A stretch of DNA of 64,000 nucleotides from Candidatus Eiseniibacteriota bacterium (GCA_024276995.1 JAJRWB010000076.1:164-64163); one strand, 5' to 3'. Counted from the first letter of the stretch, positions 36,958 to 46,398 are shown. Notes: a model not told the origin generated them from the letters alone. Translations and numbers: made by a program.

Positions 36958-37224
36958 CATCGGTCGTCGCCGAATCGTCCGACCGGGCAAAGAAAGGGGT
37001 GGGAGCTGAAAAGAAAATCGGCCCGCCTCGAGTCCTGCAGTCCCTATCGGGAGAAATCTCGAAGTAAGTCGTTTCCTTTCGAAGAACTCCCACCCTTGGT
37101 GGCATTCAGAACTATAGACTCATCAAACGAGGGTGACAAGAAAAAAAGACGGCGAGGCGGTAAAAAACATTCTTCCTCTCCCGCCCGCGGGATTGGGCTT
37201 CAAGTCGTTTCTCGCGTGATCGAT

Positions 37225-39207
37225 CTATTGCATTGAATCCTGGCTTGTTATCTGCTTGGAATCCGGCGGGATCGAGAGAGTGGTATCGTGCTTCGCCACC
37301 TCCTCGAGAAGTTCCTCGGCGTCGGGATAGTCGGGGTCGAGGCGAAGCGCTTCCCTGAGGGCGACCGCCGCCGGGGCGTACTGACCGCTCCTGGCGAAAA
37401 GAAGACCGACGTTGAAATGGAGCTTGGGGTCGTCGGGCGCGAGCCGAAGCGCCTCCCGGTATTCCGCGAGTGCTTCGGTGGGGCGGCCCTCTCTCGCGAG
37501 GAGCGATCCGAGGTTCGTGTGCGCTTCCTTCCGGTCGGGATCGATGCCGATGATCGCCCGGTATTCCGCTTCCGCGGCGTCGTTCTCCCCTTTCGCTTCC
37601 AGTTCGAGACCCAGATTGTACCGGGCGTCGACGTGGGTCGAATCGTTTTCGATCAGGCCCCTGTAGATCGCCATCGCCTCTTCGTGCTCCCCGAGAGCGC
37701 CGAGGCTCAGGGCGAGACCGAATTTCGCTCTCTCCATGTCGGGGATCATCGAGAGCGCCTGTCGGAATGCCGGTTCCGCTCCGGCGAAGTCACCCATCTT
37801 GTATTGCGCGTAGCCGAGGTTCGCCAGCGCCCACGGGGTGGGTAGGAACGCCACGTAGCGCGGATCGAGGGCGAGGGAGGAGCGGAAGAGGCCGACCGCG
37901 TCGGTATAGGCTCCGTTCTGGTACGCGGCGTAGCCGAGCATATAGCGCGCTTCCGGCGCGTAGGCGTTCTTCCGGAGCGTGTCGGTGAAGAGCGTTCGGT
38001 CGTCCTTCCAGACGGCGTTCCGTGACACCGTGGCGAAGCCGAGGAGGAGTGCGAGCGCCCCGGTTACGATCACCCCCGGTTCGAGCCCGGCGCGTTTCTC
38101 CCTGCCGACGAACCAGGCGCCCCACTCTTCGAGAAGCGCACCCGCCACGAGGAGGAATCCGGCGGAGGGGAGATAGAGAAGGCGTTCGGCCCTGAAATGG
38201 AGAAGGGGGACGATATTCAGAAAAGGAAGCATCGCGACGGCGATCCACGCGCCGCCGAAGGCGATCTCCCTTCTTCCTTTCCCGATCCGCCGGGCGCCGT
38301 AGATCGCCGCCCCGATGAAGGCGAGCGCGAAAAGCGCCCGGCTGTCGAACGGGCCGGTCGACAGGAGCACCGCGTCATTCGTGTGCTGTGGGAAGGGGAT
38401 AAGAAGGAGTCTGAAGTAACCGCCGAGCACTCGCAGCATGGTCGGGATGAGCACGGAGAAGGGGATCGCCGCGGTGCTTCCGGTGCCGAACGCACCGAGC
38501 GCTCCGTGGCGGAGGAAGAGGTAGAGCGGCACGATGAGAAGATGGGGCGTGAGCGCGAGAAAGGAGGCCTTGCGTTTTCCCTTGTCCGGGGTGAAAAGGG
38601 CGATCGCCGCAAGGAGAAGGGGCGTGACGAGGGCGACCTCTTTCGCGCCGAGGGCGAAGGCGAAAGCGGCGGTGCTCCCGGCGATGCGCAGCGGCTTTCC
38701 CCCGGCGCGGGCATGGAGAAGGAGCGAGAGAAACATGCCGAATGCGGCGAGCAGCCCGGTGCGGCCCGAGATCCAGGATACCGCCTCGGTGTGGATCGGG
38801 TGGACCGCGAAGAGGAGCGCCGCGAGGAAGGGCGCTTTCGACCGTGGGAAGAGCGTGGCGAACAGGAGGAAGAGGAGGACGCTGTTCGCGCAATGGAGGA
38901 GGATGTTGGTCACATGGTAGCCGGCCGGCTGGTCGCCGAAAAGGAGGTGGTCGAGGGTGTAGGAGATCGACACCACCGGGCGGTAGTACCCCCCCTTTCC
39001 CGTGGAGCCGCCGGCGAAGCTCCAGAGCGGTTTCGTGAACACCCTTCTCCACTCGTCCGCGCCGTGCAGGATGCCGTTCCCTTCGACGATGATCGTGTGA
39101 TCCGCCCAGACGAAGTCGCCGCCCACGCTGTTGGCGAACACCGCGAGCGCGGCCGCGGCGATGATGAGCATCGGGATGAGATGCCTGCGGATTCCCGCCG
39201 TTTCCAT
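37225..39207 (-). CDS. TMTC-like GT-C membrane protein (DUF1736-type) with C-terminal TPR repeats.
   Basis: The N-terminus WADHTIIVEGNGILHGADEWRRVF...GGYYRPVVSISYTLDHLLFGDQPAGYHVTNILLHCANSVLL is the DUF1736/TMTC signature. Multiple TM helices follow. At least six TPR units are present (YMLGYAAYQNGAYTDAVGLFRSSLALDP and others). Confidence 0.75.
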   Translation of the reverse strand: METAGIRRHLIPMLIIAAAALAVFANSVGGDFVWADHTIIVEGNGILHGADEWRRVFTKPLWSFAGGSTGKGGYYRPVVSISYTLDHLLFGDQPAGYHVTNILLHCANSVLLFLLFATLFPRSKAPFLAALLFAVHPIHTEAVSWISGRTGLLAAFGMFLSLLLHARAGGKPLRIAGSTAAFAFALGAKEVALVTPLLLAAIALFTPDKGKRKASFLALTPHLLIVPLYLFLRHGALGAFGTGSTAAIPFSVLIPTMLRVLGGYFRLLLIPFPQHTNDAVLLSTGPFDSRALFALAFIGAAIYGARRIGKGRREIAFGGAWIAVAMLPFLNIVPLLHFRAERLLYLPSAGFLLVAGALLEEWGAWFVGREKRAGLEPGVIVTGALALLLGFATVSRNAVWKDDRTLFTDTLRKNAYAPEARYMLGYAAYQNGAYTDAVGLFRSSLALDPRYVAFLPTPWALANLGYAQYKMGDFAGAEPAFRQALSMIPDMERAKFGLALSLGALGEHEEAMAIYRGLIENDSTHVDARYNLGLELEAKGENDAAEAEYRAIIGIDPDRKEAHTNLGSLLAREGRPTEALAEYREALRLAPDDPKLHFNVGLLFARSGQYAPAAVALREALRLDPDYPDAEELLEEVAKHDTTLSIPPDSKQITSQDSMQ

Positions 39208-39391
39208 TCGATTCCTCCCGGCGCTCCATCGGATCGGCGCCGAGGGTTGAGTTTACCCGTACCGACGCCGACCATCAAGGAAAGGACGAAAGGATGCGGT
39301 GTCGCTTCACGCCGGTGCGCCGCAAAGGACTCACACCGCGGTTTCCCGTGTGATACGATCGTCCGGTCCGTGCAAAGAGCCATGGAGAAGG

Positions 39392-40699
39392 ATGGAAAAG
39401 CCGACGATGAAAACCGCTCTGCTCCTCGCCGGTCTCGCCGCGGCGCCCGCTGCGGCGGTCTCCCGCCCTTCGGCCGCGCTCCCCCCCGTACCTTCCTCCG
39501 GGGCCGGTGTGGGAGTGGTGATGCGCGCCGGTCCCGAAACGCTGCAGGGGAAGATCTACGATCTCACGGGTACCGGTGCCGGCGGCGCTCTGCCCGACGG
39601 TTGCCGTCTCGTTCTGGCGCCGGGGGAGTACAGCATCAAGCCGGACCGCTACACCGACGGAACGTGCGGCAACTGCGACGATCCGGTGACGCCCGTCGAA
39701 GCGACCGTCGGGCTGAGAATCTCGGGCAAGGGGATCGTCATCGAGGGGGTGGGCACCACGCCGGAAGAAGTGGTGATCCTCACCCACTCCGGCTACGGAA
39801 TCCTCTTCGAGGAGTGCGTCGATTGCTCGCTGCGGAACCTGACGATCACCGGCGGCGTGCGGGACGTGGACGGACGGGCCACCGACGGCGCGGTGGTGGT
39901 GAAGCATGGCTCGGTCACCATCGAGAACTGCCGGATCGAAGGAAACATCGGCGACAGCGCCGTGATCGCCTCCACCGTGGTGGGGATCGCCGGCATCGTC
40001 GGGCGCGAGGGCGCGACGATCGCGGCTCGGGGAAACCGGATTATGCGCAATTCGTGGGACGGCATTGTCCTTTACCGGGGCGCGTCGGGTATTCTCGAAG
40101 AGAATGTGATCGACGGTGTGGATTGGGCGAAGGGGAGGAGCACCGGGGGGGGGCGCGGTGTGGGCATCGGCGTCACGTGGGATGGAGAAGCGACGATCCG
40201 GCGGAACCTGGTCCGCCGCTACTGGAAGGGGATCGGCGTGTTCGTCGACGCGAAGTGCGACGTCAGGGAGAACGTGGTGGAAGAGATGCTGGCCTGGGGA
40301 ATCTCCCTGTGGGACGCGGGGAAGGGCGCCCCCTCGGCGCGGATCGAGAGGAACATCGTGTTCGATACGGGCGCGTGCGGCATCTCGATCACCCGGGAGA
40401 GGGAAGACGGTCCGCCGCCGGGCTCGTGCAGGGGGAATCTCGTCATCCGGAGCGGCCAGAACCCGGAGTACGACTCGGCGAAGACGTATTGCCGCCAGAC
40501 ACCGGTGGCGGTGGCGGCACGCCCGGAAAGCTTCGATCTCGGCGGGAATCTCTTCAGCGCGAACCGGAGAAGCGCCTTCGCCCTGCTAGACGACGATTTG
40601 CCGAGGGAACTCCTGCGCGAGCGGTCCGAGGGCTTGGTCGCCGATCTATCGGCCGTGCCCTCCCTCAGGGGGGCGGAGGTCTTCGAATGGCTTCGCTAG
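39392..40699 (+). CDS. Secreted right-handed parallel β-helix repeat protein (NosD/pectate-lyase-like fold).
   Basis: The signal peptide is MKTALLLAGLAAAPAAA. Repeated β-helix rungs are present: NLTITGG..., TIENCRIEGNIG, GNRIMRNSWDGIVLY, EENVIDGV, RRNLVRRYWKGIGVF, VRENVVEEMLAWGISL, ERNIVFDTGACGISI. Confidence 0.65.
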   Translation: MEKPTMKTALLLAGLAAAPAAAVSRPSAALPPVPSSGAGVGVVMRAGPETLQGKIYDLTGTGAGGALPDGCRLVLAPGEYSIKPDRYTDGTCGNCDDPVTPVEATVGLRISGKGIVIEGVGTTPEEVVILTHSGYGILFEECVDCSLRNLTITGGVRDVDGRATDGAVVVKHGSVTIENCRIEGNIGDSAVIASTVVGIAGIVGREGATIAARGNRIMRNSWDGIVLYRGASGILEENVIDGVDWAKGRSTGGGRGVGIGVTWDGEATIRRNLVRRYWKGIGVFVDAKCDVRENVVEEMLAWGISLWDAGKGAPSARIERNIVFDTGACGISITREREDGPPPGSCRGNLVIRSGQNPEYDSAKTYCRQTPVAVAARPESFDLGGNLFSANRRSAFALLDDDLPRELLRERSEGLVADLSAVPSLRGAEVFEWLR

Positions 40700-42126
40700 A
40701 GCAGCCCTCCGCGGGGAACACGGTTCAAACTCTAATATATAAATTATGGTTCACGCCGCTTATGGCGGCGCTCCTGATCGGCGCCCTTCTCGGCGGCTGT
40801 TCCCGGGAGAAGAGCGCCGGCGCGACCGACCGGCCGAGGATCGTTCTCTTCGCCGTCGACGGTTTCGAGTGGGACGTGGCCCTTCCCCTCCTCCGCGAGG
40901 GACGCCTTCCCCATCTCGCCGCCCTCGCGGAGCGCGGGGTCTACGGCCGGATCCGGTCGATCGTCCCCACCGTCTCCCCCGCGGTGTGGACCACGGCGGC
41001 CACCGGGAAGGGGATCGAAAAGCACGGCATCTATCATTTCCGCAGAAGGGACGGCGGACCGGGCGCGGAGTCTCTCTTCAACAGCACCCACAGGAAGACG
41101 AAGGCGTTCTGGAACATCCTGACCGACTACGGCCTGCGCATCCACTCGATCGGCTGGTTCCTCACCTACCCGGTGGAGCCGATCAACGGCGTGATGATCT
41201 CCCACGCCCAGGGGATCGGGAAACCGGAGTGGGTGAAGACGAAACGCTCTCCCGAGGGGAAGCTCATCGAGGGGATGAAGGGACAGGTGTGGCCGGTGGA
41301 GCGCGAGCGGGAGATGTTCGACTGCCTGCGGCGAAGCGACGAGAAGATGCCGGAGCTGATCGAGACGATTTTCGGCGAGAGACTCGACTCCCTCGACGAG
41401 GTCGGTTCGCGCCTTTTCCGGGCGAGCCGGTGGGCGTTCCGGAACGATGAGACGTACGTGGCGATCGCCGAAAAGCTCGCCGTCGAGGGGCCGTTCGACC
41501 TGATGACCGTCTACATGGGGGGGACCGACGTGGCGGGACACCGGTTCTGGCGGTACTATCGTCCCGATCGGTACGACCATCCCCCGTCCGAGGGCGAGTT
41601 GAAGAAGCTCGCGCGGATCATCCCATCGTACTATGTCCACGTGGACGACGTGATCGGACGCCTGGAGACGCTTCTAGGCGACAGCACGACGGTGGTCGTC
41701 CTTTCCGATCACGGTATGCGCTCCGCCCAGGAGACGAGCCGTTTCGAGCCGGCCGATCCGTCGAAACTGGTGTCGGGACGGCACACGACGAACGCCGTTT
41801 TCTTCGCCGCCGGACCCGCCGTGCGCCGCGCCGCGAGAAGCGCGTCGTGGGACGGCGTGGAGGTGGACGATCTTCCCGTGCTGGGCGACATGGTCGACAT
41901 CACGCCCACCCTTCTTTCCCTTCTTCAGATCCCGGTGGGGCGCGACATGGACGGCAAGGCGCTCGACACGGTGATCGATCCCGCCTACGCCCGACAACAC
42001 CCTACCCGCTTCATCGACACCCACGATACGAAGGAGTGGCTCGAAATGCGCCGCGCCGCGGCGAAGATCCTTCCCGGGCGGGAGGAGCGCTGGGAAGAAC
42101 TCCGCGCTCTCGGGTACCTCGACTGA
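40687..42126 (+). CDS. Alkaline-phosphatase-superfamily type I phosphodiesterase / nucleotide pyrophosphatase-like lipoprotein.
   Basis: A lipoprotein signal (MAALLIGALLGGCS) is followed by RIVLFAVDGFEWD...AVWTTAATGKG...LSDHGM, the metal-ligand motifs of the AlkP/ENPP fold. An alternative start lies at 40762. Confidence 0.7.
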   Translation: MASLEQPSAGNTVQTLIYKLWFTPLMAALLIGALLGGCSREKSAGATDRPRIVLFAVDGFEWDVALPLLREGRLPHLAALAERGVYGRIRSIVPTVSPAVWTTAATGKGIEKHGIYHFRRRDGGPGAESLFNSTHRKTKAFWNILTDYGLRIHSIGWFLTYPVEPINGVMISHAQGIGKPEWVKTKRSPEGKLIEGMKGQVWPVEREREMFDCLRRSDEKMPELIETIFGERLDSLDEVGSRLFRASRWAFRNDETYVAIAEKLAVEGPFDLMTVYMGGTDVAGHRFWRYYRPDRYDHPPSEGELKKLARIIPSYYVHVDDVIGRLETLLGDSTTVVVLSDHGMRSAQETSRFEPADPSKLVSGRHTTNAVFFAAGPAVRRAARSASWDGVEVDDLPVLGDMVDITPTLLSLLQIPVGRDMDGKALDTVIDPAYARQHPTRFIDTHDTKEWLEMRRAAAKILPGREERWEELRALGYLD

Positions 42127-42145
42127 CGAGGGTTCGACGGAAGCC

Positions 42146-43885
42146 CTATCTTACCAGGGTGATCTTCACATGGTCCGAACGTTTGCCCGCCTCGAGCCGG
42201 GCGAAGTACGTTCCGGATGGGACACGGCCGTCCGGCGTCCAGGTGAAGAAGTGCGGACCGGCGCCGAGGCGCTCCGATATGAGCGTCTCGACGCGCCTCC
42301 CCGCGACGTCATAGATCGCGAGCGTCGCCCGCTCCTCCCCCTGAAGGCGGAACGAGAGCGTGGTGGCCGGGTTGAACGGGTTCGGCAGAGCCGTGAGATA
42401 CGGTGGAAGGGAAGGGACGCCGCCGCTTTCCACCGGCGGTTCGCCGCCGCGGATGTCGAGCACGTGGGGGAGATGGTCGGACGCTCTTCTCGTGTCGTCC
42501 CGGCGCAGCCTCGAGCCGATGAGCATGCGCTCCTCGAGAAGAGGTGTATGAAGTATGAAGCTCTTCGCCACGTTGACCCGGCTGTCGGTGTAGCTGATCC
42601 TGTCGATGTGGCCCGGGCCGTACTCGTTCCGTTCGTCGTACCACGTGTAATCCTGGCGCACCGAGTTCTGCCTCGACAGGAGGGCCGTCAGATCGGTGCC
42701 GTCCCAATCGGGACGGAAGTCGGCGCCGTAGGCGGCGTTGTTTGCGATGTCTCCCGTCAGAAGCGTCTTCACCTGGCGGGAGTCGCCGTACATATTCGCA
42801 TCTCCCACGAGGATGATCGCCGTGTTCCTCCCGATTTTCGCGTCGCTCCCCCCTTCACGGGCGTCTCGCACGAACGCCATCACCTCGTCGATCTGTTGCT
42901 GCCTCGCGCCGTCGTTGGAACAGCACGACAGGTGCATGTTGATGAGAAGCAGGTCGTTCTCGAATCGATCGGGGAGGTCGATCAGCGTCGCCCACGCCCG
43001 CCCGGGGCTCGCCACCCACGCGCCGATGAAAGGGAACCGCGACACCGTGTGGAGCTGTCCGCCGTCCCACGCTTGGTACCATCTCCCCCTCAGCCGAGAA
43101 GCGACACGGCTCTTCGTTTCGTTTCCCGTGTGATTGTAGATCTCCTGGAAGGCGATGATGTCCGGATCGAGGGCGTCGAAGATCCGGTTGTACTCGGCGT
43201 AGCGGATCCAGGGACTGTCGCGGAGGACGTTGTACGTCAGGATCCTCACGTCGGTCGCCTTCTCCCTGGCGATGGGAATCGGTTCGGCGTCGAAGGGGAT
43301 CGTCTCGTCGAAGGTGTATTCCACCGACGCATCATCGTCGGGTATCCGGTCGCCGCCGGCAAGATCACGCATCGCCAGGCGGATCGTTTTCGAGGAAAAA
43401 ATCGGCGAGCCTCCCACCGTCGCGTTCCGGGGGATGGAGATTTCGAATTCCTTCGCCGAATGGGCGGGCGCCGTGATGATACCGGCGTCGACCCAGTGGA
43501 GCATGGTGTCGAAGAAAAGCCCCCGCCGCTCGCCGAAACTCCACGAGAACTCCGCCCCCATGTCGCCCGTGGCGCCGTCGAAGTCGCCGTCGATGTAGAG
43601 GGTGAGTCGGTTCGCCTCCTGGAGCACCAACTCGCGCCTCAGCTTCACACGGATGTACAGGTTTCGCCTGTCGTTCGCCACGCCGAGGGAGATCAGATCG
43701 ATCCCACCCCTCCCGGCGTCGCCCGCCGGGTCGGAGGCCGATACGCGCAGGCCGTCCCACTCCTCGGTTACACCGTCCACGGCGATCGGCGCGGCGCGTC
43801 CGTCGGCGGTGGGCGAGTCGATCGCCAGCATCGCCGGCAGGAGGAGGAAGGGGGGAGAAAGGAATCGGAACGCGCTGCGGAGCAC
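42146..43885 (-). CDS. Secreted endonuclease/exonuclease/phosphatase (EEP) family protein with a Por/T9SS-type C-terminal sorting domain.
   Basis: A signal peptide is present. The EEP core is ILTYNVLRD...DIIAFQEI...LINMHL...ILVGDANMY...GHIDRISYT. The C-terminus is LPNPFNPATTLSFRL...LAIYDVAGRRVETL...WTPDGRVPSGTYFARLEAG...KITLVR. The GTG start follows a GGAGG ribosome-binding site. Confidence 0.72.
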   Translation of the reverse strand: MLRSAFRFLSPPFLLLPAMLAIDSPTADGRAAPIAVDGVTEEWDGLRVSASDPAGDAGRGGIDLISLGVANDRRNLYIRVKLRRELVLQEANRLTLYIDGDFDGATGDMGAEFSWSFGERRGLFFDTMLHWVDAGIITAPAHSAKEFEISIPRNATVGGSPIFSSKTIRLAMRDLAGGDRIPDDDASVEYTFDETIPFDAEPIPIAREKATDVRILTYNVLRDSPWIRYAEYNRIFDALDPDIIAFQEIYNHTGNETKSRVASRLRGRWYQAWDGGQLHTVSRFPFIGAWVASPGRAWATLIDLPDRFENDLLLINMHLSCCSNDGARQQQIDEVMAFVRDAREGGSDAKIGRNTAIILVGDANMYGDSRQVKTLLTGDIANNAAYGADFRPDWDGTDLTALLSRQNSVRQDYTWYDERNEYGPGHIDRISYTDSRVNVAKSFILHTPLLEERMLIGSRLRRDDTRRASDHLPHVLDIRGGEPPVESGGVPSLPPYLTALPNPFNPATTLSFRLQGEERATLAIYDVAGRRVETLISERLGAGPHFFTWTPDGRVPSGTYFARLEAGKRSDHVKITLVR

Positions 43886-43886
43886 T

Positions 43887-44411
43887 TCATTCCTCCAACT
43901 CGATGCCGAGGCCGTCGGCGATGCGGTTCACGAAGGCGAAGTAGGCGGTGATGGCGCAGATATCGTGGATCGTCCGATCGTCGAAACCGGCGGCGCGCAG
44001 GGCGAGCGCGTCTTCGGCGCCGACATCGCCCGGCGCGAGGGTGAGGCGACCGGCGTAGTCGAGCATCGCCCGTTCGTCATCGCGGAGGTCGGCCTTCGTA
44101 TAGTCCGATTCGAGCGCCTCCACGAGGGAGTCGCCCCGTGGATCGCCCTCTTTCTTAAGCGCCGCACGGAGACCCGCCCCGTGATGCACCGTTCAGTAGC
44201 GGCAGCCGTTCAGCCCCGACACGGTGAGGGCGATCATCTCCCGGCGGCTCCTGGCGAGGGGGCCGGGGCGGTGCATGAGGGTGACGTAGAAATCGTAATG
44301 ATTCTTCATCACCGGCGGGTTCACGCCGTGGACCCGGATGATGTTGTCCCTGTCGGGCACGCGGTGGCGTTCGGGGATTTCCTCGTTAGGTGTGTACCGG
44401 ATGAACGCCAC
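43887..44411 (-). CDS. Carboxymuconolactone-decarboxylase/AhpD-family peroxidase-related protein interrupted by an in-frame TGA at 44193..44195. It is a candidate selenoprotein with a CxxU motif.
   Basis: The two six-frame ORFs 44193..44549 and 43887..44189 share a frame and are separated only by TGA. Read across the TGA, the sequence is REMIALTVSGLNGCRY-[TGA]-TVHH, the AhpD/CMD CxxCxxxH motif with the second Cys position encoded by TGA. A hairpin follows 10 nt downstream, CACGGGG-CGGGU-CUCCGUG, whose GGUCU apex resembles a bacterial SECIS. The GTG start at 44411 is preceded by a GGGGGAGG ribosome-binding site. Confidence 0.6.
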
Positions 44412-44413
44412 GG

Positions 44414-44944
44414 TTACCTCGCCTCCCCCGCGCCGCGCCGGCCGAAGCCGAGGAGGTCGGAGTACGACGATCCCACCACGGCACCGGTGGCGCCGGAAAA
44501 GCGACGCGCGAGTTCCTTCACTTTCGCCCACGCCTGCCCGTCGGTGCACTCGTCGTCCACCACCGCTTCGAACTCGATGAACGCGCCGAGCCCTTCCACG
44601 CGGTCGATATGGATCCTCACATTGTCATGGATATAGAGAAGTCTCGTCTTACGGACGACGCCGATCACACCGAGGGTGGAGGCGAGCGCCTCGTGGAGCG
44701 GCCCGGCATCGACCGGCACCACCACGTAGTCGCTCCCTCTTGCCGCCGCGTCGTCGGGCCGAATGTAGGCGATCAGTTCCGCCCCGCCCGCCGTTTTCCG
44801 GATCTTGAGCCGTCCCTCGGTGGAACGGAAGTACGTGTCGGTCTGCGCCAGTTCGGCGGTGCATGGCCCCGCGATCTCCCCGGCGATGCGGAGAGCGCGG
44901 TCGAGGTCGATGCACCGCGCCTTCCACTCGATGTTCCTGTTCAT
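44414..44944 (-). CDS. CYTH-domain protein (class IV adenylate cyclase / triphosphatase-like).
   Basis: MNRNIEWKARCIDLD...DTYFR...GRLKIRK...YIRPD is the CYTH signature with EWK.R and acidic patches. It is 176 aa. Confidence 0.75.
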   Translation of the reverse strand: MNRNIEWKARCIDLDRALRIAGEIAGPCTAELAQTDTYFRSTEGRLKIRKTAGGAELIAYIRPDDAAARGSDYVVVPVDAGPLHEALASTLGVIGVVRKTRLLYIHDNVRIHIDRVEGLGAFIEFEAVVDDECTDGQAWAKVKELARRFSGATGAVVGSSYSDLLGFGRRGAGEAR

Positions 44945-44985
44945 CGCTCTTCCCCCCTCACCGCACCGCCACGCCGATTCCCCGT

Positions 44986-45678
44986 CTAGGGAACCGGCTC
45001 GATCGACGCCTCGCCGCTCGAAGCGACCGGCAGATCCTCCATCACCGGGCCGATAACGATCACCACGCGGCGGTTCATCGCCCGTCCCTCGGGTATGGCG
45101 TTGTCCGCCACGGGGCGGTATTCGCCGTACCCCACCGCGGCAAGCCTGTTCGGCGGGACGTTGTAATTCTCTCGCATGTAATGGAGCGCCGAGTTCGCGC
45201 GGGCGGATGACAGCTCCCAGTTCGACTTATAGCGATCCCGGAACTGGGGAGCGATCTGCACGTTGTCGGTATGTCCTTCCACGAGAATCTCCCTATCGGG
45301 ATACCTGTCGATCACGTCGCCGATCCTGCCGAGGATCTCCTTCCCCGTATCGGTGAGCGTGGTGCCGCCCGAGCGGAAGAGCGCCGCATCGGACACGGTG
45401 ATGATCGACTTCGTCGAGATCCGGTCGAGAAGAACCTGCTTCTCCTCGCGATAGTCCGCCAGCGATCGCTCGAGCTCTCCCGAAAGCCGGTCGGCCCTTT
45501 GCTTTTCGGCGTTCCACTTCGTCTCCATCGCCGAGAGTCGTCCCTGGAGCGATGTGATCTCCATCCGTTGCTGTTCGATCAGCTGCTTCCTGCCCGAGCA
45601 CCCGGGCGACGACAGTACGACGGTGACCGCCGCGGCGAAGATTGCCGCAGTCGGCGCACGCTTCACGATTCGTCTCAT
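44986..45678 (-). CDS. OmpA/MotB-domain lipoprotein with an N-terminal coiled-coil.
   Basis: The lipobox LSSPGCSG is present. The C-terminal OmpA-like domain is ALFRSGGTTLTDTGKEILGRIGDVIDRYPDREILVEGHTDN...NWELSSARANSALHYM...NRRVVIVI. Confidence 0.8.
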   Translation of the reverse strand: MRRIVKRAPTAAIFAAAVTVVLSSPGCSGRKQLIEQQRMEITSLQGRLSAMETKWNAEKQRADRLSGELERSLADYREEKQVLLDRISTKSIITVSDAALFRSGGTTLTDTGKEILGRIGDVIDRYPDREILVEGHTDNVQIAPQFRDRYKSNWELSSARANSALHYMRENYNVPPNRLAAVGYGEYRPVADNAIPEGRAMNRRVVIVIGPVMEDLPVASSGEASIEPVP

Positions 45679-45807
45679 TTCCGATTCCACCTTGTTCCGG
45701 TTTCCCCGCACAGCCTGACGCAATGCACCTGTTTTCGACAAGCCTCCATGAAGAGCATTAGTCGAAAGAATACGGTCCGTCAAGCGGGAATGAGACGTGC
45801 GGACGCG

Positions 45808-46398
45808 CTATTCCGGCGCGCACCGCTTCGCGCATCTTACCTGTTCATATCGGAAGCAATCGACGGTGTGGTCGTTCACCATGCCCGCCGCCTGCATGTA
45901 GGCATAGCAGATCGTGCTTCCGACGAAGGAGAAACCCCGCTTCTTCATGTCGCGGCTCATGGCTTCCGACTCCGTCGTGCTCACCGGAATGTCGGCCTGC
46001 TCCTTCCACCGGTTCCGGATCGTCTTGCCGCCGGTGAAGCGCCAGATATATGCATCGAACGACCCGAACATGGTTTGGATATCAAGGAAGGCGCGGGCGT
46101 TCTTCACCGCGGAGCGCACTTTTAGGCGGTTCCGAATGATCGCGCGGTTTCCCAGGAGCGACTCGATCTTCCGTTCGGTGAAGCGGGCCACTTTCTCCGG
46201 GTCGAACCGGGCGAACGCTTCGCGGTAACCGTCTCTCCTTTTCAGGATCGTCGCCCAGCTGAGGCCCGCCTGGGCGCCGTCGAGGATGATGTACTCGAAA
46301 TGGGTGCGGTCGTCGTGAAGAGGAACGCCCCACTCGGTGTCGTGGTATTCCATTTCGAGCACGCTCCCCACGCACCATTCACACCGCTTCTTCTTCAT
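45808..46398 (-). CDS. tag: DNA-3-methyladenine glycosylase I.
   Basis: RCEWCVGSVLEMEYHDTEWGVPLHDDRTHFEYIILDGAQAGLSW...TICYAYMQAAGMVNDH is typical Tag, with Zn-binding Cys/His residues. Confidence 0.9.
   Translation of the reverse strand: MKKKRCEWCVGSVLEMEYHDTEWGVPLHDDRTHFEYIILDGAQAGLSWATILKRRDGYREAFARFDPEKVARFTERKIESLLGNRAIIRNRLKVRSAVKNARAFLDIQTMFGSFDAYIWRFTGGKTIRNRWKEQADIPVSTTESEAMSRDMKKRGFSFVGSTICYAYMQAAGMVNDHTVDCFRYEQVRCAKRCAPE

Noticed and set aside
36958-37224. I tested whether the long hairpin region could be the 4.5S SRP RNA (ffh is in the window), a tmRNA or a tRNA.
   Set aside because: It lacks the SRP domain IV motifs (GGAA tetraloop flanked by AGGUC/AGCAG). It has no tRNA-like T-arm and no tmRNA ends. 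It is left as an unclassified structured element.
38197-40686. The N-terminal two-thirds of the 1309-aa six-frame ORF.
   Set aside because: It is antisense to the TMTC-like gene and out of frame with the NosD-like gene. Only the C-terminal AlkP-like part (40687..42126) is real.
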